Shown here: in pieces, positions 1 to 9,628 of the stretch
How the letters are laid out: the number at the start of each line of letters is the position of its first letter
Position numbering within the stretch: position 1 is the first letter of the stretch
Assembly: GCA_021203305.1 (NCBI GenBank)
Contig: JAJQBK010000052.1
Location: 10,937 to 74,936 of the forward strand
Length of the DNA: 64,000 nucleotides
Reading direction: 5' to 3'
From: Lachnospiraceae bacterium
Lineage (GTDB): Bacteria; Bacillota; Clostridia; Lachnospirales; Lachnospiraceae
Notes under the pieces: model-generated
What the model saw: only the letters and a program-made list of their open reading frames with translations
Databases searched by the model: none
Told to the model about the DNA's origin: nothing
Program-made: the position numbers and the translations under genes

Positions 1-249
1 CGGATTATTGTCCTGAAGGTTTGCCTGCGACAATATTTCCGGCAGATCCGCTCTTCCGTTTTCATAGCAGCGGCTTTCCAGAAAATCATATACACGCATC
101 ATATCCTGGCGCGAACCGCCAAACGGCTGTATCACTCCATCCGGAACCAGCTTGATAATCTGCGGTTTTCCGTTATTTATATGAATTTCGGCAACGGGAG
201 TGTCCTCCCATAAAACAGTAAAACTGACCGTAATCCCTTTTTGAACCAT
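1..249 (-). CDS. Hypothetical protein, 5' part only; the gene runs off the left edge
   Basis: Open frame from ATG at 249 to the window edge (MVQKGITVSFTVLWEDTPVAEIHINNGKPQIIKLVPDG...). A strong sigma-A-like promoter lies upstream at 321-349. No family recognised. Confidence 0.4.
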   Translation of the reverse strand, partial: MVQKGITVSFTVLWEDTPVAEIHINNGKPQIIKLVPDGVIQPFGGSRQDMMRVYDFLESRCYENGRADLPEILSQANLQDNNP

Positions 250-320
250 GTTTTTCGTCTTTCTACGGGCTCAAATTCACCTTAAGAATCATTCCTGATC
301 CATGTGAAAGCCTTTTTGAA

Positions 321-349
321 AGTATACAAAAGAAAAGGAGCTCTGTCAA
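321..349 (-). promoter_or_regulatory. Sigma-A type promoter, TTGACA-N17-TATACT
   Basis: Minus-strand TTGACA (349-344), a 17-nt spacer, then TATACT (326-321), about 70 nt upstream of the ATG at 249. Confidence 0.5.
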
Positions 350-388
350 TTTCACTCTGCTTCATTTCGGGATTTAATATAACCTGTA

Positions 389-1612
389 TTATTCCAGATC
401 AGATACCGTATGGCTGACCTCAATCCCCAGAATCTCGCAGATTTTTTCCGCCTGCTCCTCAGTCAACGTGCTGTAAGCGATACCGTTAAACTCATAAAAC
501 ATATCGGAGTATGCGGTATATTTCAAACCGTCGATTTCATTCCCATAGTCCGTGGTGATCGTCAGATACCGCCCCAGCCAGACTACTGAGGAAAAGTAAT
601 CCTCATTGGCCGCCGAGTCTGCGGCCACTTCCCCGTTCCCCAGATCAATCAGGTCCCAACGGTCACTGCCGTAGCAGGTCAGGGAAGAGAGAACCTCGTA
701 AAATACCGCAATCTCCTCCACGTCAGTTACAGTACGCTCCCCGATCTGCTCCTGCAGCGCTTTCCCCGCATCCGTATTGTCCGCTTTGGACGGCTTCACC
801 AGAATCTCAGCGATATCCTCCGCGGAATCGATCTGGTAAACCAGGCTGAGCACTTCGCTGTAGGCATATTCTTCACTGTCAAAGCAGAGAAATTTCATGA
901 AGGAAAAAGTATCTGTCTCATATGTTCCTCCATCGCCGTCGCTTCCCGTCACGACCTGCCGACGAATCAGGTACTGCAGATCCGTATGGCCCGCGACCCG
1001 ATAATATACCACCGACACCTCTACCCCGGTGCTCTCCGACAAAACCTCGACCTTCGACACCTCCGTTCCGATGCTGTCTGACAGGACCTCACTTCCGGCA
1101 GAAGCAACAGCCTCGTACAGACCGGCATAATCGCCCAGCTCTACCTTCTCCACTACCTGAGCCAATTCCATGTCCACTGTGCCATCTCCGGCAGCCAGCA
1201 GCGAATCGATGGATACAAATTCCTCCGAATTTCCGCCGGCATCCCCTTCCGGTGCGGACTGCCCATTTCCTTTCGCCGCAGTGCCCTCCGTCACAGGCGA
1301 CCCGTTTCCTTCCGCCGTCATGCCCTCAGTCACAGACGCCCCGTTGCCTTCCGCCGTCATTCCCTCAGTCATAGCTCCCCCGCCTTCCTCCTGCCCGACG
1401 GACGCTCTCCGGCCAATGGTCACCACCACCAGAACAATCAGAATCAGGAATAACACCAGACAGGCAGCCGCCGCGGCGCCAAAGCTCCTCCATTCCCGCT
1501 TCAGCCTGCTCTCTTTTTTCTGCTGCTCCCATTTCCTTCTCAACGTCTCCGTATGCCTGATCATATCCTCATCCAGATAATCCATGGCATCACTGATATC
1601 ATTTTTATTCAT
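389..1612 (-). CDS. Putative membrane-anchored anti-sigma factor partnered with the upstream ECF-type sigma
   Basis: The ATG overlaps the sigma gene stop by 8 nt. Short cytoplasmic N-terminus (MNKNDISDAMDYLDEDMIRH), one TM helix (FGAAAAACLVLFLILIVLVVVTIG) and a large extracytoplasmic domain. Same architecture as 48735-49838. Confidence 0.55.
   Translation of the reverse strand: MNKNDISDAMDYLDEDMIRHTETLRRKWEQQKKESRLKREWRSFGAAAAACLVLFLILIVLVVVTIGRRASVGQEEGGGAMTEGMTAEGNGASVTEGMTAEGNGSPVTEGTAAKGNGQSAPEGDAGGNSEEFVSIDSLLAAGDGTVDMELAQVVEKVELGDYAGLYEAVASAGSEVLSDSIGTEVSKVEVLSESTGVEVSVVYYRVAGHTDLQYLIRRQVVTGSDGDGGTYETDTFSFMKFLCFDSEEYAYSEVLSLVYQIDSAEDIAEILVKPSKADNTDAGKALQEQIGERTVTDVEEIAVFYEVLSSLTCYGSDRWDLIDLGNGEVAADSAANEDYFSSVVWLGRYLTITTDYGNEIDGLKYTAYSDMFYEFNGIAYSTLTEEQAEKICEILGIEVSHTVSDLE
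1262..1375 (-). repeat. In-frame 39-nt tandem repeat, about 2.6 copies, inside the anti-sigma gene
   Basis: Repeated peptide MTAEGNG(A/S)(S/P)VTEG just after the TM helix. The DNA units are visible at 1282-1320 and 1321-1359. Confidence 0.7.
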
Positions 1613-2174
1613 AATAAAAGCCCTCCTCCTTCAGATATGTCTTCAGTCCCAGCCGGAGCCGGTACAGCATGCTCTTGACCTTCGGCACGCTGAAGCGGCA
1701 GTATCCGGCGATATCCTCCATGGAATCATGAAAATAATACCTTCCGATGAACACGTCCCTGGCATCCTGAGACAGGGTTTTCAGATAAGCGTTGATCACT
1801 TCTCTGAGAATATGCTCATCCACCTCCTGCTCCGTCACATTTCCTGTAGAAATGCAGTCCTCCAGCTCCTCCAGCGCCACAGCGTACTGAGAGCCGATCC
1901 GTTTCTGACTGTTCCTTTTGCGATATATGTCGATGGCTCTTCTGCGCGCCAGCGCTCCCAGATAGGTGGATAAAAATTCCGGCTTTTGTGTGGGCATGGA
2001 ATTCCATGCTTTCAGATATGTATCATTGACGCACTCCTCACTGTCCTCAAAATCCGCCAGCACGTTAAAGGCGATTTTCGTAAGATATCTCCCGTATTTT
2101 TTCTCCGTCTCTGAAAGCGCCTCTTCGTCCCGCTCCCAGTACAGAGCCACAATTTCACTGTCCCTCAAAGTCAT
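1605..2174 (-). CDS. ECF-type sigma-70 family RNA polymerase sigma factor
   Basis: Region 2 (DSEECVNDTYLKAWNSM) and region 4 HTH (SMEDIAGYCRFSVPKVKSMLYRLRLGL). Start chosen at MTLRDSEIVALYW (ATG 2174). The ORF-track extension to 2228 is encoded by repeat unit 1. Paralog of 49835-50395. Confidence 0.85.
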   Translation of the reverse strand: MTLRDSEIVALYWERDEEALSETEKKYGRYLTKIAFNVLADFEDSEECVNDTYLKAWNSMPTQKPEFLSTYLGALARRRAIDIYRKRNSQKRIGSQYAVALEELEDCISTGNVTEQEVDEHILREVINAYLKTLSQDARDVFIGRYYFHDSMEDIAGYCRFSVPKVKSMLYRLRLGLKTYLKEEGFYYE

Positions 2175-2193
2175 TTTCCCCCTGTCATATCTC

Positions 2194-2410
2194 CTATGTA
2201 CTCCAAAAAGCAAGGCGTTCACGCGCATCGCTTTTTCTTATGAATTCCAAAAAGCAAGACATTCATGCGTATCATTTTCCTAATGTATTCCAATAAAGTA
2301 AAATGTTCGCGCATATCGATTCCCTTATGTGTTCCAAAAAGCAAGGCGTTCTCACATATTATTTTTCTTATGCTGTCTGAAAAATCAGGTTTCCGCAAAT
2401 GTCATGTCCC
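2194..2410 (-). repeat. Five tandem 43-44 bp units in the sigma-gene leader
   Basis: Units at 2194-2237, 2238-2280, 2281-2324, 2325-2367 and 2368-2410. Minus-strand sense consensus is roughly GAAC-gccTTGCTTTTTGGAAtaCATAAG-aaaa. Units 1, 2 and 4 are the most similar. Confidence 0.8.
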
Positions 2411-2424
2411 TTTATACCTTATAT

Positions 2425-2450
2425 GACGCAAAAAAATCCGTCCGGTTTCA
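2425..2450 (-). promoter_or_regulatory. ECF-type promoter, TGAAAC-N16-CGTC
   Basis: Minus-strand TGAAAC (2450-2445), 16 nt, then CGTCATATA (2428 downward). The same core TTTTTTGCGTCATATA recurs upstream of the second sigma gene at 50419-50444. Confidence 0.55.
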
Positions 2451-2559
2451 TTTTACAGGGAAGTTTTTAAGAAAGAATACATTATTTCTTAAGATTTCCG
2501 GACAGAATCAAAAAAGCAGCGTCCGATCCCGGGGGCCAGGCACTGTTTTCAGAGGCTGT

Positions 2560-2597
2560 TGCAAAATGGGAATGTCCTCCAGCGCGGGCATTCCCAT
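2560..2597 (-). terminator. Rho-independent terminator downstream of tRNA-Ser
   Basis: 9-bp stem ATGGGAATG/CATTCCCAT (2566-2574 / 2589-2597), followed on the minus strand by TTTTGC. Confidence 0.6.
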
Positions 2598-2618
2598 ACA
2601 ATCTTTTATAATACATAG

Positions 2619-2705
2619 CGGAGAGTGTGGGATTCGAACCCACGTACCCAAAAAGGATAACCGCATTTCGAGTGCGGCGCGTTACGGCCACTTCGCTAAC
2701 TCTCC
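2619..2705 (-). tRNA. tRNA-Ser (anticodon CGA)
   Basis: Reverse complement is GGAGAGTTAGCGAAGTGG...CCGCA-CTCGAAA-TGCGG...GGGTTCGAATCCCACACTCTCC-G. It has a 7-bp acceptor stem, a long variable arm, a T-loop GGTTCGAATCC and anticodon loop CT-CGA-AA. CCA is not encoded. Confidence 0.9.
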
Positions 2706-2772
2706 AAAACTTCCCGGGAAATATTATATTCTCTCCCGGGAAAGGTTTTTATTTATTTGAAAAACCCGGTCA

Positions 2773-4863
2773 TCAGAACTGCGCCACATCCTTCATGGAG
2801 AAGCTGATACGGCCCATCTTGTCCTTGCCGAGGCAAACAACCGTGACGGTGTCGCCCAGGGTCAGCACATCCTCAACGTGGTTGATGCGCTCCTTACAGA
2901 TCTTGGAGATGTGCACCAGTCCCTCCTTGCCGGGGGCGAACTCGATGAAGGCGCCGAACTCCTTGATGCTGACCACCTTGCCCTTGAAGACCTGTCCGGC
3001 CTCAAAGTCGGTCACGATGGTCTCAATCATCTGCTGAGCGCTGTCCATCATCTTCTGGTCGGTGCCGCAGATGGATACCATGCCGTCGTCGGTGATGTCG
3101 ATCTTCACGCCGGTGCGGGCAATGATCTCATTGATGGTCTTGCCGCGCTGGCCCACCACCTCGCCGATCTTCTCAGGATCGATCTGCATGGAAATAATCT
3201 TGGGCGCGTACTTGCCGACCTCCGGACGGGGCGCGCTGATGCAGGGAAGCATGACATTGTCCAGAATATACAACCTGGCCTCTCTGGTGCGGCGGATGGC
3301 CTCCTCCACGATGGGCCTGGTCAGGCCATGGATCTTGATGTCCATCTGGATGGCGGTGATACCGTCCTTTGTACCGGCCACCTTGAAGTCCATATCGCCG
3401 AAGAAATCCTCCAGCCCCTGAATATCAGTCAGTACAATATAGTCATCATCCGTGTCTCCGGTCACCAGTCCGCAGGAAATGCCCGCCACCGGCTTTTTGA
3501 TCGGAACGCCAGCCGCCATTAAGGACATGGTGGAGGCGCAGACGGAAGCCTGAGAGGTGGAGCCGTTGGACTCAAAGGTCTCGGATACGGTTCTGATAGC
3601 GTAGGGGAATTCCTCCTCGCTGGGCAGCACCGGAATCAGGGCACGCTCCGCTAAAGCGCCATGGCCGATCTCCCGGCGTCCCGGGCCGCGGCTGACCTTG
3701 GTCTCGCCTACAGAGTAGGACGGGAAATTGTAATGGTGCATATATCTCTTGGAGGTCTCATTCTCATCCAGGCCATCCACTCTCTGAGCCTCGGAAAGAG
3801 GAGCCAGGGTGGTAACCGTGCAGATCTGGGTCTGTCCGCGGGTAAACATGGCGGAGCCATGGACTCTGGGAATGATATCCACCTCCGCGCTCAGAGGACG
3901 AATCTGGTTGATGGCACGTCCATCCGGGCGCTTGTGATCCTTTAAAATCATCTTGCGGACAGTCTTTTTCTGATACTGGTAAATGGCGTCGGACAGCAGG
4001 GGAAGCCACTCCTCCTTATCGGCGAAAGCCTCCTCCAGCCTTGCGGTGATCTGGCGGATATTCTCATCCCGCACCTGCTTCACATCCGCGAAGACAGCCT
4101 CCTCCATCTCAGCCGGGGGAACGATCTCCTTTATAGCCTCGGTCAGCTCGTCCGGAATCACATATTTTGTGTACTCGTGCTTGGGCCTGCCCACCTCAGC
4201 CACGATTTTATTGATGAAATCAATGATGGTCAGGTTGACGTCGTGAGCCTTATAAATGGCTTCAATCATCAGATCCTCCGGCACCTCGTTGGCGCCCGCC
4301 TCGATCATGATGACCTTCTCGGCGGTGGAGGCAACGGTCAGGTTCAGATCCCCGTTCTTCCACTGCTCCTGGCTGGGGTTGATGATCAGCTCCCCGTCAA
4401 TCAGCCCCACCTGGGTCATGGCGCAGGGGCCATCAAAAGGAATATCAGAAATACAGGTGGCGATAGAGGTACCGATCATGGCCACCAGCTCGGGCCTGCA
4501 CTCCGGGTCCACGCTCATCACCATATTGTCCAGAGTAACATCGTTGCGGTAATCCTTCGGGAAAAGGGGACGCATGGGACGATCAATGACACGGTCTGTC
4601 AGTACAGCGTTCTCACTGGCCTTTCCCTCTCTCTTGTTGAAGCCGCCGGGAATCTTGCCCACAGCGTACATCTTCTCCTCATACTCCACGCTGAGCGGGA
4701 AAAAGTCAATCCCCTCCCGGGGCTTCTCGGAAGCGGTTGCGGTGCAGAGCACCGTGGTGTCTCCGTACATCATGAAGGCACAGCCGTTGGCCTGTGCGCC
4801 TACGCGGCCGATGTCAACTCTCAGAGTTCTCCCGGCCAGTTCCATTGTGTAAGTTTTATACAT
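2773..4863 (-). CDS. pnp: Polyribonucleotide nucleotidyltransferase (PNPase)
   Basis: Two RNase PH domains (GRREIGHG), then KH and S1 (GQVFKGKVVSIKEFGAFIEF). Start at MYKTYTMELAGR, with GGAGGAG 6 nt upstream of the ATG at 4863. Confidence 0.97.
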   Translation of the reverse strand: MYKTYTMELAGRTLRVDIGRVGAQANGCAFMMYGDTTVLCTATASEKPREGIDFFPLSVEYEEKMYAVGKIPGGFNKREGKASENAVLTDRVIDRPMRPLFPKDYRNDVTLDNMVMSVDPECRPELVAMIGTSIATCISDIPFDGPCAMTQVGLIDGELIINPSQEQWKNGDLNLTVASTAEKVIMIEAGANEVPEDLMIEAIYKAHDVNLTIIDFINKIVAEVGRPKHEYTKYVIPDELTEAIKEIVPPAEMEEAVFADVKQVRDENIRQITARLEEAFADKEEWLPLLSDAIYQYQKKTVRKMILKDHKRPDGRAINQIRPLSAEVDIIPRVHGSAMFTRGQTQICTVTTLAPLSEAQRVDGLDENETSKRYMHHYNFPSYSVGETKVSRGPGRREIGHGALAERALIPVLPSEEEFPYAIRTVSETFESNGSTSQASVCASTMSLMAAGVPIKKPVAGISCGLVTGDTDDDYIVLTDIQGLEDFFGDMDFKVAGTKDGITAIQMDIKIHGLTRPIVEEAIRRTREARLYILDNVMLPCISAPRPEVGKYAPKIISMQIDPEKIGEVVGQRGKTINEIIARTGVKIDITDDGMVSICGTDQKMMDSAQQMIETIVTDFEAGQVFKGKVVSIKEFGAFIEFAPGKEGLVHISKICKERINHVEDVLTLGDTVTVVCLGKDKMGRISFSMKDVAQF

Positions 4864-4969
4864 TCTTCTCCTCCATAATCGCAATGCTGCGACTTCTACT
4901 CAGGGACTGCCGGCCATTTCCCGACAGCTCCTCAGAAATTGCCAGTCATTTTTCGACAATTCCTGAACG

Positions 4970-5003
4970 CGAAAAGGTGGGAAAGCTTACGGCATTTCCC
5001 GCC
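4970..5003 (-). terminator. rpsO-pnp intergenic hairpin/terminator
   Basis: Stem GGCGGGAAA/TTTCCCACC (one mismatch), followed on the minus strand by TTTTCG. The position matches the classical rpsO terminator upstream of pnp. Confidence 0.6.
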
Positions 5004-5013
5004 ACGCATTTCA

Positions 5014-5280
5014 CTATCTTCTGATACCCAGCTTCTCAATCAGGGCACGATATCTCTCGATATCCTTTCTCTTCAGATAATCCAGAAGGCCTCGCCTCTG
5101 GCCGATCATCTTGTACATACCGCGCCTGGAATGGTTGTCCTTGGGGTTTGCCTTCAGGTGCTCTGTCAGCTCGTTGATCCGGGCGGTGAGAACAGCTACC
5201 TGCACCTCCGGTGAACCGGTGTCTCCCGGAGTTCTGGCATACTCGTTCATGATAGTGGTTTTCTTTTCCTTGGAAATCAT
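5014..5280 (-). CDS. rpsO: 30S ribosomal protein S15
   Basis: 88 aa, [54 protein letters not shown]...; AGGAGG upstream. The longer ORF-track N-terminus was rejected. Confidence 0.95.
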   Translation of the reverse strand: MISKEKKTTIMNEYARTPGDTGSPEVQVAVLTARINELTEHLKANPKDNHSRRGMYKMIGQRRGLLDYLKRKDIERYRALIEKLGIRR

Positions 5281-5370
5281 TTTACATCCTCCTGATATTT
5301 TATAAGCGCCATACACCAGGCAAAGGCCGGAGTTTCCATTTACCGGGCGTCGGCTCAATCCAACTGAAAC

Positions 5371-5399
5371 AGTGTAACACACACAGATGGATTTGTAAA
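5371..5399 (-). promoter_or_regulatory. Candidate rpsO promoter, TTTACA-N17-TACACT, with a leader of about 90 nt
   Basis: Minus-strand TTTACA (5399-5394) and TACACT (5376-5371). The leader could hold an S15 autoregulatory fold, but I have not demonstrated one. Confidence 0.4.
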
Positions 5400-5425
5400 T
5401 AAATTTTTTATCTTTTTGATGATGT

Positions 5426-6448
5426 TTATGGCAATATGCTTACCGCGGCTACAGGCGTCCTGTAGTTGTAATTGGAAATCTTAATGCCGGTCTTTTCATC
5501 GCTGGCGTGTACAATCTGTCCGTTGCCGATATAGATCGCCACATGGCTGATGCTGCTGGAGCTGCTGCCGTAGAAAAGCAGGTCACCGGGCTGTATATCG
5601 GAAACCGAGATGGATGTCCCGCACTTCGACTGGGAGGCAGATGAATGCGGCAGACTGTATCCGTAATTCGCGTAAACACTGAGCACAAAGCCCGAGCAGT
5701 CCGCGCCCTTCGTCAGACTGGTGCCGCCCCATACATAGGGATTACCCACAAACTGCAGAGCATATTCCACCAGGGCGACTCTCACATCGGAGACCCCGCT
5801 GCCGTACTGCAGCTCGCTCATGGTCATCGCCGTGTCCAGACCGTCCACGACCTCCACATATTCCTCACTGACATAAACCGTATCCGCGTTCAGCGTACAG
5901 GCAACCCAGCCGTCGGCCACTTCCACGACCTCCAGCTCCTCACCGGTTGCCACCTGAGTCACAATCGAATAATCCTCTCCCGGTCCGGTGCGCACATTCA
6001 GGCCGTTCACCTGCACTACAGCCTTCACATAAGCAACGCTGAGTGCTTTTACCTTTGCCTCAATCCCTGTCAGTATGTAATCCGCGCTGACATAGCCCTC
6101 CACCTCTCCCGAGGTGATATGATACCAGCCGTCCAGCTCCTCAATAATCTCACAGGCGGAGTTGTTGGTCATCTTGCCCACAATATCAGCGTCCGTCGAC
6201 GGTTCGCTTCTGACATTCAGGTTGCCGTCCACCTGGGCTATGCCCAGATTGGTGTATCCCCACAGATCATTCTCCCCGCTTTCGGCATACTGAATGCAAT
6301 CCTCCTCATCGATGGATGAGCTGGTAATGCTGGCGATACCCACATTCTGCGTGATGTCCGAGATAGTCCCGGCGCTTACCGGCACTGTCCAGGCCGACAT
6401 GAGAAGAGCCGCCGCCCCCACGATTGCCACAACCTTTGTATATTTCAT
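5426..6448 (-). CDS. Secreted NlpC/P60 cell-wall hydrolase with SH3-like repeats
   Basis: Signal peptide ([27 protein letters not shown]). Two SH3b-like segments ([10 protein letters not shown].., GLNVRTGPG..). C-terminal NlpC/P60 with catalytic GADCSGFV and [15 protein letters not shown]. Confidence 0.85.
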   Translation of the reverse strand: MKYTKVVAIVGAAALLMSAWTVPVSAGTISDITQNVGIASITSSSIDEEDCIQYAESGENDLWGYTNLGIAQVDGNLNVRSEPSTDADIVGKMTNNSACEIIEELDGWYHITSGEVEGYVSADYILTGIEAKVKALSVAYVKAVVQVNGLNVRTGPGEDYSIVTQVATGEELEVVEVADGWVACTLNADTVYVSEEYVEVVDGLDTAMTMSELQYGSGVSDVRVALVEYALQFVGNPYVWGGTSLTKGADCSGFVLSVYANYGYSLPHSSASQSKCGTSISVSDIQPGDLLFYGSSSSSISHVAIYIGNGQIVHASDEKTGIKISNYNYRTPVAAVSILP

Positions 6449-6531
6449 AAATAACCCCATTTTTGTGATGTACCGTAATCAATTTAATCCCGCTTTCCTC
6501 TTTCGTACCGGCTTTCACAAATTCCGGAGTT

Positions 6532-6560
6532 ATTGTAACAATAAGGCGGCGGTCTGTCAA
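6532..6560 (-). promoter_or_regulatory. Sigma-A promoter, TTGACA-N17-TACAAT, for the NlpC/P60 gene
   Basis: Minus-strand TTGACA (6560-6555), 17 nt, TACAAT (6537-6532), followed by a leader of about 85 nt. Confidence 0.55.
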
Positions 6561-6660
6561 CCTCTTTTCGCAAAAAATATTTTATTTTTTGTAAAAAACA
6601 TTTAATAATTTACCGGGTGACAGGAGACACGGCAAAAGCCGCAGCCGACAGCTGTCATCC

Positions 6661-7704
6661 TCAGCTCTCCCAGTAGTCGGCTCCTTCCCGGATATCCCGC
6701 TGCATCTGCTCCCTCAGCGCTTCAATTCCGTCAAACTTCCGTTCAGGCCTTTTGTATCCGTACAAAAATACCCGCGCCCTTTCCCCGTAAGCGTTTCCCT
6801 CAAAATCATAGATATAGGTCTCCGCCAGCACTCTGTTTTCCTCAGAAACCGTGGGTTTGCGGCCCACATTTGTAACAGACCTGTAATATTTTCCCTCCAG
6901 AAGCGTCCGGGAATAATAGACGCCAAAGGGGGGCGCCAGCTTTCCCGCGGGCCATTCCATGTTGATGGTGGGCATCTGAAGGACAGGACCGCCCAGATGT
7001 CTGCCGTGGATTATGGAACCTGATACAGAATAAGGCCTGCCGCACAGCGCCGTGACCTGTTCCATCCGCCCCTCCTCCAGCAGGCTTCTGACAAGCGTTG
7101 AACTGACCGGAGTATCCCCGTTAAGGCCGTGGAAAAGACGGTCCGCGTCCTGGTCCGCTGCAGCTGGCTTATTTCGCTGAAGCTCCGCCGTTTCTTCCGC
7201 TAAAACACTGTCACTCAAAGCCGACAGAGCCTCCCGGACCGACAGCTTATCCACAATCTCCGTCCGGTATCCCAGCCGGGGCGCCATTGCCTCCAGCAGC
7301 CTGCGGTTGCCCCGGCCCTGATGGCCAAAGCTTAAATCCTCCCCCGCCAGAATAACAGTGCTGTTCAGCTGACCCGCCAGAATCTCCTCCACGAAGACTT
7401 CAGGAGGCATGGCCGCGGTCTCAGTGGTCATAGGAAATTCCACCAGCACATCCGCTCCCATCCGCTCCATCAGCTCCCGTTTTTCCTGAGGCGTCGTCAG
7501 CTCCCTGATATCCTTTTCCGGTGAAAAAACACTGGCCGGCGGTCTGTCAAAGGTAAAAACCACCGCCGGATATCCCTGCGCCTGCCAGTCATGCATCCGC
7601 CTCAGCAGCTTCTGATGACCCAGATGGACGCCGTCGAACTTGCCGATGGCGACCGCGGATTTATTTTCAATATGAAATTCAGTGGTTCCTGAGATGATTT
7701 TCAT
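6661..7704 (-). CDS. ribF: Bifunctional riboflavin kinase / FMN adenylyltransferase
   Basis: N-terminal GKFDGVHLGHQKLL nucleotidyltransferase motif and a C-terminal riboflavin kinase domain. About 35 extra residues (LSDSVLAEETAELQRNKPAAADQDADRLF) lie between the domains. Confidence 0.9.
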   Translation of the reverse strand: MKIISGTTEFHIENKSAVAIGKFDGVHLGHQKLLRRMHDWQAQGYPAVVFTFDRPPASVFSPEKDIRELTTPQEKRELMERMGADVLVEFPMTTETAAMPPEVFVEEILAGQLNSTVILAGEDLSFGHQGRGNRRLLEAMAPRLGYRTEIVDKLSVREALSALSDSVLAEETAELQRNKPAAADQDADRLFHGLNGDTPVSSTLVRSLLEEGRMEQVTALCGRPYSVSGSIIHGRHLGGPVLQMPTINMEWPAGKLAPPFGVYYSRTLLEGKYYRSVTNVGRKPTVSEENRVLAETYIYDFEGNAYGERARVFLYGYKRPERKFDGIEALREQMQRDIREGADYWES

Positions 7705-7784
7705 AACATAAAAAATGGTTAGGGCGCCAAAAGCGGTTTACAGATCGCTTCGCGCGCCGCACACCTTCACAATCCCGCAAAAAA

Positions 7785-8681
7785 CTATGATAAAAACAGC
7801 TTCACCGGCTTCAGCACATTGTCCTGTTTTCGGAAATCATATATTCCGTAAAAACGCCCGTCCCATCTGTACAGTCGTACTCTTTCCCCCTCAGTAAAGT
7901 CCCGGGGCTTAAGAAGCATATCCGGCTTCAGCTTATTGCCGTTATCAGCAATCCGGGAAAACTCCTCTCTCAGTCTCTCAGCCGGGAAGGATGAAAAGGC
8001 CTGGTCCACGCCCAGAATTACCTGATCCAGCGTTCCATCGTTCCAATACCGCTCCAACTCCTCCAATGTGACAGCGGTTTCTTTTGTAAAGCTGCCCACT
8101 CTTGTCCGCTCCAGGCTCTGCATACAGCCGCAACAGCCCAGCTTTTCCCCTATATCCTGGCAGAGAGAACGGATGTAAGTGCCCTTAGAGCAGACCACCC
8201 GGAACCTGACCACCGGAAGATGGACCGAAAGAACCTCTATCTCCCTGATCTCAATGGTTCTGGGCTTTCGCTCCACCTCTTTGCCCGCTCTCGCCAGCTC
8301 ATAGAGACGCTTCCCATCTACCTTAACGGCGGAGTACATGGGCGGTATCTGTTCGGACACGCCCAGAAATGACAGCACCGCGCTTATCGCTTCGCTCTCG
8401 TCACAGGCCACGGGCCTTACGGCAAGTACCTGTCCGGTGGTGTCCAGAGTGTCCGTGGTGACGCCCAGAAGAAGCTCCGCCACATACTCCTTGTCATGGT
8501 CCGCCAGAAATTCCACCGCCCTTGTGGCATTGCCCACGCAAACAGGCAAAACGCCGACAGCCGCCGGGTCCAAGGTACCGGTATGCCCGATTTTCCGGGT
8601 TTTCAGGATGCCGCGCAGCTTCGCCACCACATCGAAGGAGGTATAGCCCGCTTCCTTGTAAATGTTGATGATTCCGTTCAT
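7785..8681 (-). CDS. truB: tRNA pseudouridine(55) synthase
   Basis: GHTGTLDPAAVGVLPV catalytic Asp motif and a PUA-like C-terminus. Conserved position after nrnA/rbfA. Confidence 0.93.
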   Translation of the reverse strand: MNGIINIYKEAGYTSFDVVAKLRGILKTRKIGHTGTLDPAAVGVLPVCVGNATRAVEFLADHDKEYVAELLLGVTTDTLDTTGQVLAVRPVACDESEAISAVLSFLGVSEQIPPMYSAVKVDGKRLYELARAGKEVERKPRTIEIREIEVLSVHLPVVRFRVVCSKGTYIRSLCQDIGEKLGCCGCMQSLERTRVGSFTKETAVTLEELERYWNDGTLDQVILGVDQAFSSFPAERLREEFSRIADNGNKLKPDMLLKPRDFTEGERVRLYRWDGRFYGIYDFRKQDNVLKPVKLFLS

Positions 8682-9628
8682 TGTATATACCGCTCCAGCA
8701 CCGGGAGCAGCCTTTTATACGTCTCCTCAAAGCTGCCCCTGATATTGCAGCCGGCCGCCCTCGCGTGGCCGCCGCCGCCAAACTCCCCGGCAATCTTCGT
8801 GGCGTCTATCCCCTCTCCGGTGCGAAGGCTTACCCTGCATAAACCGTTCGGAATCTCATACATAAACACGGCGCACTCCACTCCCGCGATATTGCGCAGC
8901 TCGCTGACGATTCCGGACAGATCCGCCGTGGTCACGCCGCATTCCCGCATCTCCTTCATGGAAATATGCCCCAGCGCCACCTTTCCGTCAAACAGGCTCT
9001 CCGCGTGGAACAGCACCCAGGCCGTCGCCCGGGTCTCATTCCATGATTTCTGGTAAAAGCTCTCCTGAATCAGGTTTGGAAAATCGATATTCCTTTCTAT
9101 CAGCTCTGCCGCCGTCCGAAGGGTCTGCGGCCTGGTGTTGGAATACTGGAAAACGCCGGTATCGTGGATCATCCCCAGATAGATGGCCAGCGCCATGTCA
9201 TCGTCCACATCCTCCTTTGGCAGAAGCTCATAGAGGACCTCCGCGCAGGAGCCCACATCAGGGCGTACAACACTAATGTCTCCATCCCCGGAATTGCTCA
9301 GATGATGATCAATATTGATTTTTCTGGCCGCGCCGCGGTAAAAGCTCTCCGCCCTTCCCAGCCTGCCCGGCTCCGTGTCCAGGCAGAAAAATACATCGTA
9401 GCGCCGCGCCGGGGTGTATTCCGTGTCAATCTCGTCAATCCGTTTTATATGGGTAAAGGTTTTCGCCGCCGACTCCAGATATACGTACACATGGGCCCCC
9501 GGCAGCTTTTTGGTCAGATACATGTACAGCGCCATACAGGAGCCCACACAGTCGCCATCGGGGCGGATATGTCCGCTGATGCCGATATATTCCGCCCCCT
9601 CACATTCCTTTAAAATATCTGTTTTCAT
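8678..9628 (-). CDS. nrnA: DHH/DHHA1 phosphoesterase (NrnA-like oligoribonuclease / pAp phosphatase)
   Basis: Motifs HIRPDGDCVGS, NIDHHLSN and GGGGHARAAG. 4-nt overlaps with both neighbours. Confidence 0.85.
   Translation of the reverse strand: MKTDILKECEGAEYIGISGHIRPDGDCVGSCMALYMYLTKKLPGAHVYVYLESAAKTFTHIKRIDEIDTEYTPARRYDVFFCLDTEPGRLGRAESFYRGAARKINIDHHLSNSGDGDISVVRPDVGSCAEVLYELLPKEDVDDDMALAIYLGMIHDTGVFQYSNTRPQTLRTAAELIERNIDFPNLIQESFYQKSWNETRATAWVLFHAESLFDGKVALGHISMKEMRECGVTTADLSGIVSELRNIAGVECAVFMYEIPNGLCRVSLRTGEGIDATKIAGEFGGGGHARAAGCNIRGSFEETYKRLLPVLERYIQ

Noticed and set aside
2194-2410. Whether the tandem repeats at 2194-2410, 15670-15741 or 61019-61145 are CRISPR arrays
   Set aside because: The units are directly abutting with no unique spacers. 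There are only 2-5 copies, the copies are degenerate, and no cas genes are present.
6461-6531. ydaO/c-di-AMP riboswitch in front of the NlpC/P60 hydrolase, a common association
   Set aside because: The leader downstream of the predicted promoter is only about 85 nt and lacks the pseudo-symmetric ydaO architecture.
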